IMG/VR virus record: IMGVR_UViG_3300047476_002143
Span: 455-64,454 of that record
Strand: one strand, 5' to 3'
Origin: a virus
Taxonomy: Duplodnaviria; Caudoviricetes
Length of the DNA: 64,000 nucleotides
Shown here: one piece after another, positions 8,843-18,115 of the stretch
Layout: each line of letters starts with the position of its first letter
How positions within the stretch are numbered: position 1 is the stretch's first letter
Made by a program: the position numbers and the translations under genes
Notes under the pieces: model-generated
What the model was told of the DNA's origin: nothing
Database searches by the model: none
Seen by the model: only the letters and a program-made list of their open reading frames with translations

Positions 8843-9757
8843 ATGAAACAATGGGCTTTAGGATTGATGTCTAACGATGAAAAAAGAAGCATCTTGGACC
8901 AACACAAAACACTATATAATGGTTATAAAACCATGCAACCAAAGGTATCTAACGAGCAACCACTTTATACTCAAGATTTTGCTAACGATAAAGGCGGAGT
9001 TACTGTGAATAATAAAGGAAATGTTAAGGCTTATACTAATATCGGTATCAATGAACAAGTTGAGAAAGAATCAATGTGTTCTGAGTGTGGTGGAATGATG
9101 TATGAAGGTGAATGTTCTGAGTGTGGATATAATGGTGGAGAAATGGGTGAAGAAATGCAACAAGTTAAAGACTTGGAAAACGTTGAAGACCTTAATTTAT
9201 CCGATAAGTTTGATTACACTGAAGAAGAAATGTATGAAGATGATGCTCTTGATGCGGATGCTCTACAAAATGTGACAGGTCAAGATGCCCCACATGATGC
9301 TGATGATATGGCACCCGATGGTATGGACGATGATAGTGACAACGATAGAGGTATGATGGCTGACAGTGAAATGGAAGAACAAGTTGGTGGTGGAACCGCT
9401 CCTTATCAAAATTTCGATTCAATCAAACCGGCATATAACTTTGTTTCAGGTGGTCCAGTAAAGGAAGATGAATTTGAAACAATGGAATCAGCTTGGGCTG
9501 ACGACAAAGATGATATGGAAGACTTTGAAGATGATGAAGAAGTTTATCCAATTTTCACAAAGGATGAATTTCTTGGAATGGGAAAAAAACTCGGTGATAA
9601 GGAATTGGACGAACCAGAAAGTTCTGAATGGGAAGAAATAACTCCAGATAGTGATGAAGATGACCTTTCACATTTAGACGAAGAGATTAGAGAATCAGTA
9701 ACAAAACAGAAAAATAGAATTATGGAAATGATGAACCGAATGAAAGGTTACAATTAG
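8843..9757 (+). CDS. Acidic hypothetical protein, probably virion-associated
   Basis: D/E/M-rich, CSECG repeats, TATTTAT upstream, terminator downstream. Confidence 0.7.
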   Translation: MKQWALGLMSNDEKRSILDQHKTLYNGYKTMQPKVSNEQPLYTQDFANDKGGVTVNNKGNVKAYTNIGINEQVEKESMCSECGGMMYEGECSECGYNGGEMGEEMQQVKDLENVEDLNLSDKFDYTEEEMYEDDALDADALQNVTGQDAPHDADDMAPDGMDDDSDNDRGMMADSEMEEQVGGGTAPYQNFDSIKPAYNFVSGGPVKEDEFETMESAWADDKDDMEDFEDDEEVYPIFTKDEFLGMGKKLGDKELDEPESSEWEEITPDSDEDDLSHLDEEIRESVTKQKNRIMEMMNRMKGYN

Positions 9758-9759
9758 AA

Positions 9760-9789
9760 AAAATCCCCTCCGAAACGAGGGGATTTTTA
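9760..9789 (+). terminator. Intrinsic terminator
   Basis: AAAATCCCCTC-CGAAAC-GAGGGGATTTTT hairpin plus T tract. Confidence 0.8.
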
Positions 9790-9850
9790 TTTTATTTATA
9801 TAAAAAATAGATTTTCAGTTTTTTTATGATATTTCTTTAATAAAAAAACA

Positions 9851-10153
9851 ATGGAAATTAAAGAAATTGTGGAATATTTTGTTAACACAGAAACAAATAT
9901 TCTTGAGGTAAGTTTTAGAACAATTGATGATGGTGAAGATGAAGTTAGGGTTGACAATATAGATTATTCAGTAGTAAGTGAATACGGTTATGATTTGGAA
10001 ACAGAGTCATTCGATTTTTTTGACGATGAGGACGATGATGATTCGTATGATGATGAAGAGAAAATAGAGTTGGATGTCGATGATTTGGTTTCATTCTTAA
10101 ATGAATACTATACATTAAACGAATCATCAATACCAAAGTCGGTACCATATTAA
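9851..10153 (+). CDS. Acidic hypothetical protein
   Basis: ORF with A-rich initiation region. Confidence 0.7.
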   Translation: MEIKEIVEYFVNTETNILEVSFRTIDDGEDEVRVDNIDYSVVSEYGYDLETESFDFFDDEDDDDSYDDEEKIELDVDDLVSFLNEYYTLNESSIPKSVPY

Positions 10154-10176
10154 TCATTTGAAACTATTTATTGTTT

Positions 10177-10425
10177 ATGGAACTAGATGTAGATGTATTA
10201 ATATCAATTTTCGAAAAGTATTCAGTATCAAGAAATAAATCTGAATTGGATGAACAGGATGACGCAGCCCCTGCGGCACCTTCAGGTGGAGGAGGTTCTA
10301 CGTCATCAGTACCAAAATGGTCTGACCTTTATACAATAAAGAGAGGTAAGGCAAATATGCTTGGTAAGGGTGGTGAAAAATGGCAGACTGGACTGACTAG
10401 GGGATTAGCTAATCAGGTTTGGTAG
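10177..10425 (+). CDS. Hypothetical protein
   Basis: ATG after TATTTAT; repeated (T/K)RG.AN motif. Confidence 0.65.
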   Translation: MELDVDVLISIFEKYSVSRNKSELDEQDDAAPAAPSGGGGSTSSVPKWSDLYTIKRGKANMLGKGGEKWQTGLTRGLANQVW

Positions 10426-10674
10426 AAATCTCTACAAATCAAATTTTATTTCGAAATTTGTATCAATTTCCAACAAATTTAATTTTGAAATTTGTTCATC
10501 AATAAATCTATCTTCATCTGTGGTAGGATTGATTCCACTTGATAAATTAGAAAGGATGGAGATGAATTTTATTTTGTTGTTTGTTTCGTTCATCATTTTT
10601 ACTGAACCTAAAGTTATATTTTTCATCAAACAAAGATGAGAAAAAAAACGATAATGAACAAATATTTATTAATT

Positions 10675-11535
10675 ATGTACACAAATAATCTGTTACAGGA
10701 AGAAACAGAAAGAATCAAAAACTTAATTTCCGAACAAACTTTTTTGGGGGGACCCGCTATGGGGATAGTCTCACCTCGAAACACGTTGAAGACTTTTAAT
10801 TGGATTAAAACCTGGGACAATAGAGATTGGTTAAATTTTGTTGAGATGACTACTGGTATTTTAGGGTCAATACCTAGTCCCGCTTCTCCATTTTTATTAG
10901 GTATTTCTATAGGGGCAGGAATTGCAAATGCCAAACTTTATTATGATGGTGGTGACCCATATACCGCCGGATTATACTTAGCGTTTAGCGTAATACCAGT
11001 AGCTTCTTTAATAAAACAATTAAAATTTTCAAAAACTTTTATGCGTTTAGGGAAAGATGGTAGTGTTAAACTTTTAGAAAAAATAAAATCAGGTACCGCA
11101 ACAGCGTCCGAACAAAAAATGGCAAAAGATTTAGTTCGAGAAATAGGGCCAGTATCAAATGAATTAGGTAAAGAAGTTGTAAGACAAACAATATCAAAAA
11201 TATTATCAGAATTACCCAAAAAAAGTCTTTCGTTTGTAATTAAATTATGTCTAATGATGTATAATTTAGGTGTTTTTGGAATAAGGGCGGGAGTAACTAT
11301 AGGAGGTACCTTTTTATCATATGATTTAATGTATAGGGCCTTAAATTATAAAAATAAAAAAAATATGTCTTTGAGGGAAAAAAATGAAATGGCTAAGGTG
11401 TATAATTTTATTGTGAATAATGAAGATGAAATAAAAACATTAAGTATAGACGATATTAAGAAAAATCAATCGTCCTTGCTTGAACATAGTAACTCCTTTA
11501 TTTCAATAGATACAACACATGAAATAAAATTTTAA
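10675..11535 (+). CDS. Hypothetical protein with hydrophobic helices, probably virion-associated
   Basis: TATTTAT upstream; N-terminal E..RIKNLISEQ motif. Confidence 0.7.
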   Translation: MYTNNLLQEETERIKNLISEQTFLGGPAMGIVSPRNTLKTFNWIKTWDNRDWLNFVEMTTGILGSIPSPASPFLLGISIGAGIANAKLYYDGGDPYTAGLYLAFSVIPVASLIKQLKFSKTFMRLGKDGSVKLLEKIKSGTATASEQKMAKDLVREIGPVSNELGKEVVRQTISKILSELPKKSLSFVIKLCLMMYNLGVFGIRAGVTIGGTFLSYDLMYRALNYKNKKNMSLREKNEMAKVYNFIVNNEDEIKTLSIDDIKKNQSSLLEHSNSFISIDTTHEIKF

Positions 11536-11543
11536 GTAAAAAA

Positions 11544-12884
11544 ATGAAAAATAATCTAATACTAGAAATAGCAAGAACCAAGCAACTTATGGGTGTAATA
11601 TCCGAACAAGCAGGGTTAATTTCAATTTCTGACGATATCGTAAAAGGTCTTAAGTCCTTAATAAAAAAACCCACGCCAGAATTATCTCAAGACATTGATT
11701 TACTTTCTCAAATTATGGCAAGAGGAAGTAGGCGTATAAATCAAAATGATTTAGTTGTTCTATTAACCAGAATTATAAGAACCGATAAAAAAATTGCGGA
11801 TTATTTAATACCAAAAATTATTCAAAATTTAGATGTTGGTAGTCAAAACTTTATTCAAAATTTTAAAGGGTCAATATCAAATTTCAAGTCTCGAGGGGGA
11901 AAGTATGAGGATGCAATTAGAGGTATAAATGCGAACCTCAATGCAAGAAATACGGCAACAGGAGTACCTGTTTTTAACACCCCAATACCTGAAATCAAAG
12001 AATATTTAAAGAAAGATTTTGAGAGATATGCTTGGGAACTATACAATCCAATTAAAGCAAAGGTAAAGTCTAAAGCTACCGAAATCGGAAAAAATACTGG
12101 TAAAGGATTCAAAGCAGGATGGAATTCAAAATCAGGAGGATTCTTAACCTTGAGAAGTGTTTTGAAAACGGTGTCCCCTGAAAAAGTGGAAAAACTCTTT
12201 CCAAACTATTTTAAAAAATTGACACCTGAAGAAAGAGAAATAATGTGGAAGTGGGTTAAATGGGGAGTTCCCGATGTGCCTTCATTGAAAAATTCTTGGA
12301 GTAAACTTGGAATTGGCGGATGGGTTGGTAATCTTTCAGCACAAATATTACACAAAACTCTTTGGTTAATGTTATTACTCACCGGATTTCAACTAATTAG
12401 AGATTATATTCAAGACTACCTCAAGGAGGGTGAAGAATATGCAGGATGGAATGGGTTTGCAGCGTTAGCTCACAGAATAGTTAGGGCTTTTGACTTTCCT
12501 CATCTCGGAGTTACAAGTCCTATGATTTGGATAATAGGACTAATATTTCAGCCTGTTTGGGCGGGAATGACAGGTTCTGATAAAAGCTTCAATCAACAAT
12601 TTAAAGATTATTTAATCGGTGAGGACGAAAATAATATTCCAAAACCTCCAAAACGTCTAAAGGATTGGTTAGGTACAGTATCCAAGAATACAGATACTTT
12701 AATTGATAAAACAAAAAATCGTATAGATACATTAACTAAGGGTACTAATGTAAACACTGAGGATATTTTACCTGATTCAATAACAGTTCCAAAACCAATA
12801 CAAGATACTACAGTAACGTCACCGAGAAATTCTGAGCAAGACCTGTATGATTGGGATACGGATACCACAATAAATCAAAAATAA
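11544..12884 (+). CDS. Hypothetical membrane-interacting protein, probably virion-associated
   Basis: N-terminal EIARTKQLMGVISEQ motif; two hydrophobic segments. Confidence 0.7.
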   Translation: MKNNLILEIARTKQLMGVISEQAGLISISDDIVKGLKSLIKKPTPELSQDIDLLSQIMARGSRRINQNDLVVLLTRIIRTDKKIADYLIPKIIQNLDVGSQNFIQNFKGSISNFKSRGGKYEDAIRGINANLNARNTATGVPVFNTPIPEIKEYLKKDFERYAWELYNPIKAKVKSKATEIGKNTGKGFKAGWNSKSGGFLTLRSVLKTVSPEKVEKLFPNYFKKLTPEEREIMWKWVKWGVPDVPSLKNSWSKLGIGGWVGNLSAQILHKTLWLMLLLTGFQLIRDYIQDYLKEGEEYAGWNGFAALAHRIVRAFDFPHLGVTSPMIWIIGLIFQPVWAGMTGSDKSFNQQFKDYLIGEDENNIPKPPKRLKDWLGTVSKNTDTLIDKTKNRIDTLTKGTNVNTEDILPDSITVPKPIQDTTVTSPRNSEQDLYDWDTDTTINQK

Positions 12885-12896
12885 TTTAATTATTAT

Positions 12897-15152
12897 ATGA
12901 ACGAAAAAGAATTAAAAGAATTGTGGGATTTCATGAAAAGTAATGACCCAAAATTTCCTGATTACCCTATTTTTAAAGGTAAAATGGATACACCGGAAAA
13001 AAGAAAACGTTTTTTTGATAGATATTATCTTTCCACATTATCCGACGCTTTTTTAGAAGACGACTGGACTGCAGATGATTTTGAAAATACGTACGGACCT
13101 CAAAAACCAACACAATCAAAATTTACTGAAGTTAGGATAAAACCTGAAGAGGTTTGTAATGGTGGTAAAATAGTGTCTGAAGGAATGAAAGGTGATATTG
13201 TTTGGATGATTCAAAATCAGTTGAAGGTGACCCCTTTAACAAACAATTTTGGTCCAAAAACAAAACAAGCCGTTGTTAATTTTCAAAATAAAAACAATTT
13301 AAAAGTTGATGGAAAAGTCGGTGCAAAAACGTGGGAATTATTATTCGAAGGAACTCAATATGCCTGTAAAAAAGAAGACCCGAAAAAAACAACAGATATG
13401 GGAACAAAAACAAATCAGAACATAAAGACAGAACCTACAAAAGATACTCCGAAAGTTGGCCCACAAATCAAAAGAGTTAAATGGATTGGAGAACAAGTTG
13501 CGGTTAAGCAGGCAGACCCAAAAAAGTCCTTTTTGACAAAATCACTTAAGATAAAAGATAACCAAGGTTTATCATGTTTAGATAGACTTGCCAAAAAACA
13601 TAAACTAAAAGAACATCCTGAATACGGAAATGCAATCTTGGAATTGGAAGATGGTAGACCTTCAGTGGTATATATTGGAATTAATCCTCAGAACAAACAG
13701 GAGGAAAACTTCTTTATTGCGTCAGACGGTACAAAACTTACCGGAATTTTCCAAAGTGGAAACGAAATAGATATTGAGTGCTCAGGTCAAATATTAGATT
13801 TAGGTGTGTTTGGAAATTTGAGCGAAAGACAAAAACAATTTGTTCAATACAATGTAACACCTCAATCAGGTTATAAAGTCGGTGTTAGTCCGGGTGAAGA
13901 AGAGTATTACGATAAATTTGATATTGTGAACACCTTCAAAGGAGCATCTGATTATTTTGCACCAAATACTTATTTCGTTTATAAAAGAAAAGGTTATAAA
14001 GTAGAAGAAAGAGGTGAAGAATATTATAATCAGGTAGAAGCCCTACTGAACAAAGTGGGATGGACATACAAAAAACCTGACGTTACCTCTCAGGCTTTTT
14101 CAACCAAAACAGACATAAGAACCCAATTTCCGAAATATACGGAGCTTTTTCCAAATGGATTGTATATCTATTTCACAGGAAATACTCGTTCAACAAAAGA
14201 AAGACAACTTGTAACTACTTTAATGTCTGATATTGAAGAAAGTGTTGATTCTCCGAATGGTAAAACTTGTAGAGATGCGGTAAATATTTTATACGATGCT
14301 AAACAAGGATATGATAAAAAAATAATTTATTTTTCAGGTGATACCGAACTAGAAACGGTTAGAGAGTATGTGAAAAGGTGTCAAGTAAAATTTGAAAAAA
14401 ACTTTTTTAGATTTTTGGGTGGAGGAGCAAAAGAAAAGTATGAAGAATTAAAATCAAAAAAACATGGCCCAACAGGGGTAATGAAATTCAATTTGTCTGA
14501 AAATTTGAATAGTGTAATCAAGAAAAAACTTTTAACTATCAAAGAACAAAAAGATGATAATAAAATTACCAAAAACATTGTTGAAAGTAGACTTGGAATG
14601 ATTGTTGAATCAATTAAAAAAAATAAAAATATTGATAAGATATCATTAGATTTTATGTCAGAATTGAATCAGTTGAATGAACAAGGACTTGTGAATGAAG
14701 ACTTTGGAGAAAACCTGAAAAACATATTCGGTTCGGATTTATCATCGATGCCGAAGACATTTTTCGAAAATATTTTTGACAAAATATTGACCAAAATAGA
14801 TATGAACGATTCTTCTTTGAAGAAGTCATTGGTTTTGATGTCAGAAAAAAATCTCTTCGAGATTGTAAAGGCATTCAAAGATTGTGATTCAATGTCTAAT
14901 TTAATTGCAAAAAATATTGTAGAAATATTACACAATAATATAAGTTCTGAGAAAAATTCGATGGGTAAAGGATTGAGTTCGATTAAAAGTTTAATAGGAC
15001 AAGAAATCAGAAAAGACGAATTTGTTCAGAAGGTTAAAAACAATATCCACAACTTAGTTTGTGAAGAATTTTCCAAACTAACGTCAAATGCCGAAAATTT
15101 ACTTTCCAAAATCAAAGGAAGTACAACAAAAGACTTTTCAGGTAATCTGTAA
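12897..15152 (+). CDS. Large protein containing a peptidoglycan-binding (PG_binding_1) domain
   Basis: GMKGDIVWMIQ..L...FGPKTKQAVVNFQ..NNL.VDGKVGAKTW. Confidence 0.75.
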   Translation: MNEKELKELWDFMKSNDPKFPDYPIFKGKMDTPEKRKRFFDRYYLSTLSDAFLEDDWTADDFENTYGPQKPTQSKFTEVRIKPEEVCNGGKIVSEGMKGDIVWMIQNQLKVTPLTNNFGPKTKQAVVNFQNKNNLKVDGKVGAKTWELLFEGTQYACKKEDPKKTTDMGTKTNQNIKTEPTKDTPKVGPQIKRVKWIGEQVAVKQADPKKSFLTKSLKIKDNQGLSCLDRLAKKHKLKEHPEYGNAILELEDGRPSVVYIGINPQNKQEENFFIASDGTKLTGIFQSGNEIDIECSGQILDLGVFGNLSERQKQFVQYNVTPQSGYKVGVSPGEEEYYDKFDIVNTFKGASDYFAPNTYFVYKRKGYKVEERGEEYYNQVEALLNKVGWTYKKPDVTSQAFSTKTDIRTQFPKYTELFPNGLYIYFTGNTRSTKERQLVTTLMSDIEESVDSPNGKTCRDAVNILYDAKQGYDKKIIYFSGDTELETVREYVKRCQVKFEKNFFRFLGGGAKEKYEELKSKKHGPTGVMKFNLSENLNSVIKKKLLTIKEQKDDNKITKNIVESRLGMIVESIKKNKNIDKISLDFMSELNQLNEQGLVNEDFGENLKNIFGSDLSSMPKTFFENIFDKILTKIDMNDSSLKKSLVLMSEKNLFEIVKAFKDCDSMSNLIAKNIVEILHNNISSEKNSMGKGLSSIKSLIGQEIRKDEFVQKVKNNIHNLVCEEFSKLTSNAENLLSKIKGSTTKDFSGNL

Positions 15153-15201
15153 GTATAAATTAGAAAACAAAAGGGGGTGTTCTAAAATCTAAAAAGAAGG
15201 G

Positions 15202-15882
15202 TTAACTACCCTTCTTTTTTGTTTTAACTATTTCGTCGATTATACCATAGTCAAGAGCCTCCTCGGCGCTTAACCACAAATCACGTTGAGCATCTTCCAT
15301 AACTTGTTCACGAGATTTTCCACAAAAATCACCTAGTAAATCAAACAATACGTTGTTTGTTTTTTCCCACTCTATCATTGATATTTTTGCGTCTTGGATG
15401 TTACCAACCGCTCCACCAGAGCTTTGATGTAACATGGTCTTGGAGAATCTTAATGAACTCCTTTTACCTTTAGTTCCTGCTCCAAGAAGAACTGAACCCA
15501 TAGATGCTGCCATACCTGTATTAACAGTACGGATATCACAAGAAATATAATGCATCACATCAACCATTGATAGACCTGATTTAACACTACCACCAGGAGA
15601 ATCGATATGCATCGTGATGTCGGTTTTATCTGTGGAATCCAAGAACATAAGTTGAGCTTGAACAACAGTTGACATTCTATCGTCAACACCACCAGCAACC
15701 CACAAAAGTCGGTCTCTCATCAAACGAGAGAAGATATCCATTTGAGTTACCCTCATTTCTCTTTCCTCCAAAATATAAGGAGTCATTGAGTTTTCAATAT
15801 GTTCACCGATATAATGTAAATCGAGTGAATTTTTTCCTAAATGTTTAGCATAATAACTTTTAAATTCGTTTCCCAAATTCAT
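15202..15882 (-). CDS. clpP: ATP-dependent Clp protease proteolytic subunit
   Basis: DIFSRLMRDR, IDSPGGSV, GMAASMGS (catalytic Ser), MLHQ, RDLWLSAEEA..YG.ID. Confidence 0.95.
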   Translation of the reverse strand: MNLGNEFKSYYAKHLGKNSLDLHYIGEHIENSMTPYILEEREMRVTQMDIFSRLMRDRLLWVAGGVDDRMSTVVQAQLMFLDSTDKTDITMHIDSPGGSVKSGLSMVDVMHYISCDIRTVNTGMAASMGSVLLGAGTKGKRSSLRFSKTMLHQSSGGAVGNIQDAKISMIEWEKTNNVLFDLLGDFCGKSREQVMEDAQRDLWLSAEEALDYGIIDEIVKTKKKGS

Positions 15883-15914
15883 AATCAAAATTTTATCAAA
15901 GGTAAAAAAAATAT

Positions 15915-16403
15915 TTAATTAAAAAAAGTTTTTTGAAAGTCGTCCCAAACATTTTGCAACACGTAGTTATCGTTCATAATTGTTGGAACAAACGGTTTGT
16001 GACTCATTTTCATTTTGGCCTCTTCAGGTGTTCTGTTAGCCTTTTTGAGGTTACACTTGAAACAAGACGTAACAAGGTTCTCCCAAGTATTGAGACCCCC
16101 CTTCGATTTTGGAATTACGTGGTCAAGAGTTAATGATTTTTTGGAACCACAGTACACGCACTCATACCCGTCTCTTTTATATATTCTTGTTCTGTTTGCC
16201 CTATACGCTCTCTTGTGAAACTTAATATAATTCAATAGACGTATAATAAGAGGTCTAACGAACTTTTTAACACCACTAACAAGTTCTTTGATGTCACACT
16301 TAATTATCTCGGCTTTACCCTTATAAACAAGGTTAAACCCCCTTTGTATTGAGGTTACATTAAGTGGACTATAGTCAAAATTTAATACAAGTACCTGTTC
16401 CAT
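15915..16403 (-). CDS. HNH endonuclease (McrA/HNH_5-like)
   Basis: VLVLN.DY.PL, RD..C.YCG...TLDHVIPKS.GG..TWENLV..C..CN..K. Confidence 0.88.
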   Translation of the reverse strand: MEQVLVLNFDYSPLNVTSIQRGFNLVYKGKAEIIKCDIKELVSGVKKFVRPLIIRLLNYIKFHKRAYRANRTRIYKRDGYECVYCGSKKSLTLDHVIPKSKGGLNTWENLVTSCFKCNLKKANRTPEEAKMKMSHKPFVPTIMNDNYVLQNVWDDFQKTFFN

Positions 16404-16444
16404 TATTGGAATTATTTTGGCAAAGATATGTTTATTTGTTGAAT

Positions 16445-16473
16445 AAAAAAAGGGTCAGAAAATCCCGACCCTT
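16445..16473 (-). terminator. Attenuator-type intrinsic terminator of leader 3
   Basis: mRNA AAGGGUCGG-loop-CUGACCCUU followed by a U tract. Confidence 0.8.
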
Positions 16474-16485
16474 ATATGTTAATTT

Positions 16486-16578
16486 TTAACAATAGTTTAT
16501 GGTTCGGGACTTTCCACGTCTCGTTACAACCGAATTCTCATATTTAATCATCTTGTCCAAAAGACTCAACTTTATCAT
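16486..16578 (-). CDS. Putative leader peptide 3 (MIKLSLLDKMIKYENSVVTRRGKSRTINYC)
   Basis: 30-codon ORF after TATTTAT; its AAAGUCCCGA is complementary to the terminator 5' arm. Confidence 0.6.
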   Translation of the reverse strand: MIKLSLLDKMIKYENSVVTRRGKSRTINYC

Positions 16579-16641
16579 AACAATAAATATTAAGATGATT
16601 TTTGGAAGTTTAAATTAATTTTTTATCTTTGTGAAACAATT

Positions 16642-16715
16642 GGACCCGTAGCTCAGACGGTTAGAGCAGGAAACTCATAATTTCAAGGTCGTTGGTTCGA
16701 ATCCGACCGGGTCCA
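16642..16715 (+). tRNA. tRNA with CAT anticodon (Met or lysidine-Ile2)
   Basis: GGACCCG/CGGGTCC acceptor stem, CT-CAT-AA loop, TTCGAAT T loop; TATCTTTG promoter at about 16624. Confidence 0.85.
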
Positions 16716-16731
16716 CATAAAAAATATAAAT

Positions 16732-17106
16732 ATGGAATACGGTTACGGACCAGAAAAGCACATCATCGATGAAATAAAAAAATCGAGGGTTTTAATAGTA
16801 GTATCTTCATTAATATTGATTACGGTATTTGTTCTATTTTCAATTTGGGGTACATCAGAAATTATGGACTTGGACAAAAAGGAATTTCTTGTGGTTAACA
16901 AAAAGTTAAACAATATCACAACCGAAGTTGAATCTATTAGTTTGAAACAAGACCAAATGCAACAATCAATAAGTAATATTGAAAGCAAGATGGATAGTTC
17001 AATAATCATCTCACAATCAACAAACTCCAAGGTTAGTTCTTTGAATGGAAAAGTTGCAAGAGTTTCCGAAAATATGGACACAATTATTGTTTACATAAAA
17101 AAATAG
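16732..17106 (+). CDS. Membrane-anchored coiled-coil protein
   Basis: Single transmembrane helix followed by a heptad-like region. Confidence 0.65.
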   Translation: MEYGYGPEKHIIDEIKKSRVLIVVSSLILITVFVLFSIWGTSEIMDLDKKEFLVVNKKLNNITTEVESISLKQDQMQQSISNIESKMDSSIIISQSTNSKVSSLNGKVARVSENMDTIIVYIKK

Positions 17107-17110
17107 AATC

Positions 17111-17383
17111 ATGCCTTATATTGATATGGACATAGATGTTGAAGACTTTTTATATGCTTGTAGTCGAAGAGACATCAAAGAGTTAATTCAATCTCTTGTT
17201 GAAAACGACCATTTACCTAAAGAAGTGTTGAATAAAAATGGTGATGTCAAAGAAGATTTAGTTAGGAGAGGAAGAGGTGAAGACGATTTCTCAGATAAAC
17301 TTGAACAATTGAAAACAAAATACTATTCTTTAACACAGGAAGAAGAAGAGTTCTTTGATAGGGTTTTTAAGAAATATTTGTAA
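17111..17383 (+). CDS. Hypothetical protein
   Basis: ORF in operon. Confidence 0.65.
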   Translation: MPYIDMDIDVEDFLYACSRRDIKELIQSLVENDHLPKEVLNKNGDVKEDLVRRGRGEDDFSDKLEQLKTKYYSLTQEEEEFFDRVFKKYL

Positions 17384-17403
17384 GTAAGAGTATATTTATA
17401 AAC

Positions 17404-17475
17404 ATGATGAACATCGACTTAAATAAGTTTAATCCGGCACCTGCGAATGGTGATGGCAATCTTATGTCAAGTTGA
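17404..17475 (+). CDS. Putative leader peptide 1 (MMNIDLNKFNPAPANGDGNLMSS)
   Basis: 23-codon ORF after TATTTATA; stop codon overlaps the antiterminator strand; codons match the downstream tRNAs. Confidence 0.75.
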   Translation: MMNIDLNKFNPAPANGDGNLMSS

Positions 17476-17496
17476 GTTCGGTAAAATATTATGTTT

Positions 17497-17531
17497 AAAA
17501 AACCCTGAACTCTTAAGTTTGGGGTTTTTTT
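17497..17531 (+). terminator. Attenuator terminator before the tRNA-Pro/Asn/Asp/Gly/Ala cluster
   Basis: AAAAAACCCTGAAC-TCTTAA-GTTTGGGGTTTTTTT; alternative pairing of GAGTTCGG (17474-81) with CTGAACTC (17505-12). Confidence 0.8.
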
Positions 17532-17536
17532 ATGTT

Positions 17537-17611
17537 CGGGATGTAGTACAGTCCGGTTAGTATGCATGGTTTGGGACCATGAGGTCGCTGGTTCGAATCC
17601 AGCCATCCCGA
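17537..17611 (+). tRNA. tRNA-Pro(TGG)
   Basis: CGGGATG/CATCCCG acceptor, CATGG-TT-TGG-GA-CCATG. Confidence 0.93.
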
Positions 17612-17617
17612 CGGAAT

Positions 17618-17689
17618 GTCTCCTTAGCTCAGTGGTAGAGCATCTCGCTGTTAACGAGAGGGTCCAAGGTTCGAAACCTTGAGGGGACG
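17618..17689 (+). tRNA. tRNA-Asn(GTT)
   Basis: Cloverleaf, TCTCG-CT-GTT-AA-CGAGA, G73. Confidence 0.92.
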
Positions 17690-17695
17690 CAGAAC

Positions 17696-17767
17696 GGTCT
17701 CATAGTTAATCGGCTATAATATCCCCCTGTCACGGGGATGTGGCGGGTTCGATTCCCGCTGAGACCG
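17696..17767 (+). tRNA. tRNA-Asp(GTC)
   Basis: GGTCTCA/TGAGACC acceptor, TCCCC-CT-GTC-AC-GGGGA. Confidence 0.92.
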
Positions 17768-17771
17768 CAAC

Positions 17772-17981
17772 GAGTAAGAGATACTCAGAGTCTTTAATCC
17801 AAGACTTGAACAATGGATAGATGTTTAGTAGTATCAGTCGTAAATGACTACTCATGGGAATAACGTCGATAAACCTATCTTCGCCCAGTAAAGGTTGACT
17901 GTTTTTATGAGGGATGCCTCACAGGTTTTGGAACAGAACAAAAAACCGAAATAACTACTCACCCATAATCTCAAGGTGGGG
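17772..17981 (+). ncRNA. Unassigned structured RNA of about 210 nt inside tRNA cluster 1
   Basis: Several hairpins (GAGTA/TACTC, AGTCTT/AAGACT, AGTC/GACT, TGAGG/CCTCA), GC content above background, no long ORF. Confidence 0.5.
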
Positions 17982-17987
17982 AAACTT

Positions 17988-18059
17988 GCAGGTATAGCAC
18001 AAAGGTTAGTGCTCTAGTCTTCCAAACTAGAGATGCCGATTCGAGTTCGGCTACCTGCT
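17988..18059 (+). tRNA. tRNA-Gly(TCC)
   Basis: GCAGGTA/TACCTGC acceptor, CTAGT-CT-TCC-AA-ACTAG, U73. Confidence 0.92.
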
Positions 18060-18115
18060 CAGTGGGCCTTTGTGGAGGGCCGAAAGGAAAATAGGTTTTT
18101 TTCATCCACATTTAT

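Noticed and set aside
17367-17606. ORF-track entries overlapping RNA genes (also 20914-21221, 21890-22102, 22285-22488, 25788-26000, 26487-26894, 42084-42323)
   Set aside because: Antisense shadows of tRNA, intron or tmRNA sequence.
18062-18110. Theta/HDV-like or hammerhead ribozyme after tRNA-Gly
   Set aside because: Pairings exist (GGCCTT/AGGGCC, TGTGGA/TCCACA), but there is no room for P3/L3 and no CUGAUGA core; left unassigned.
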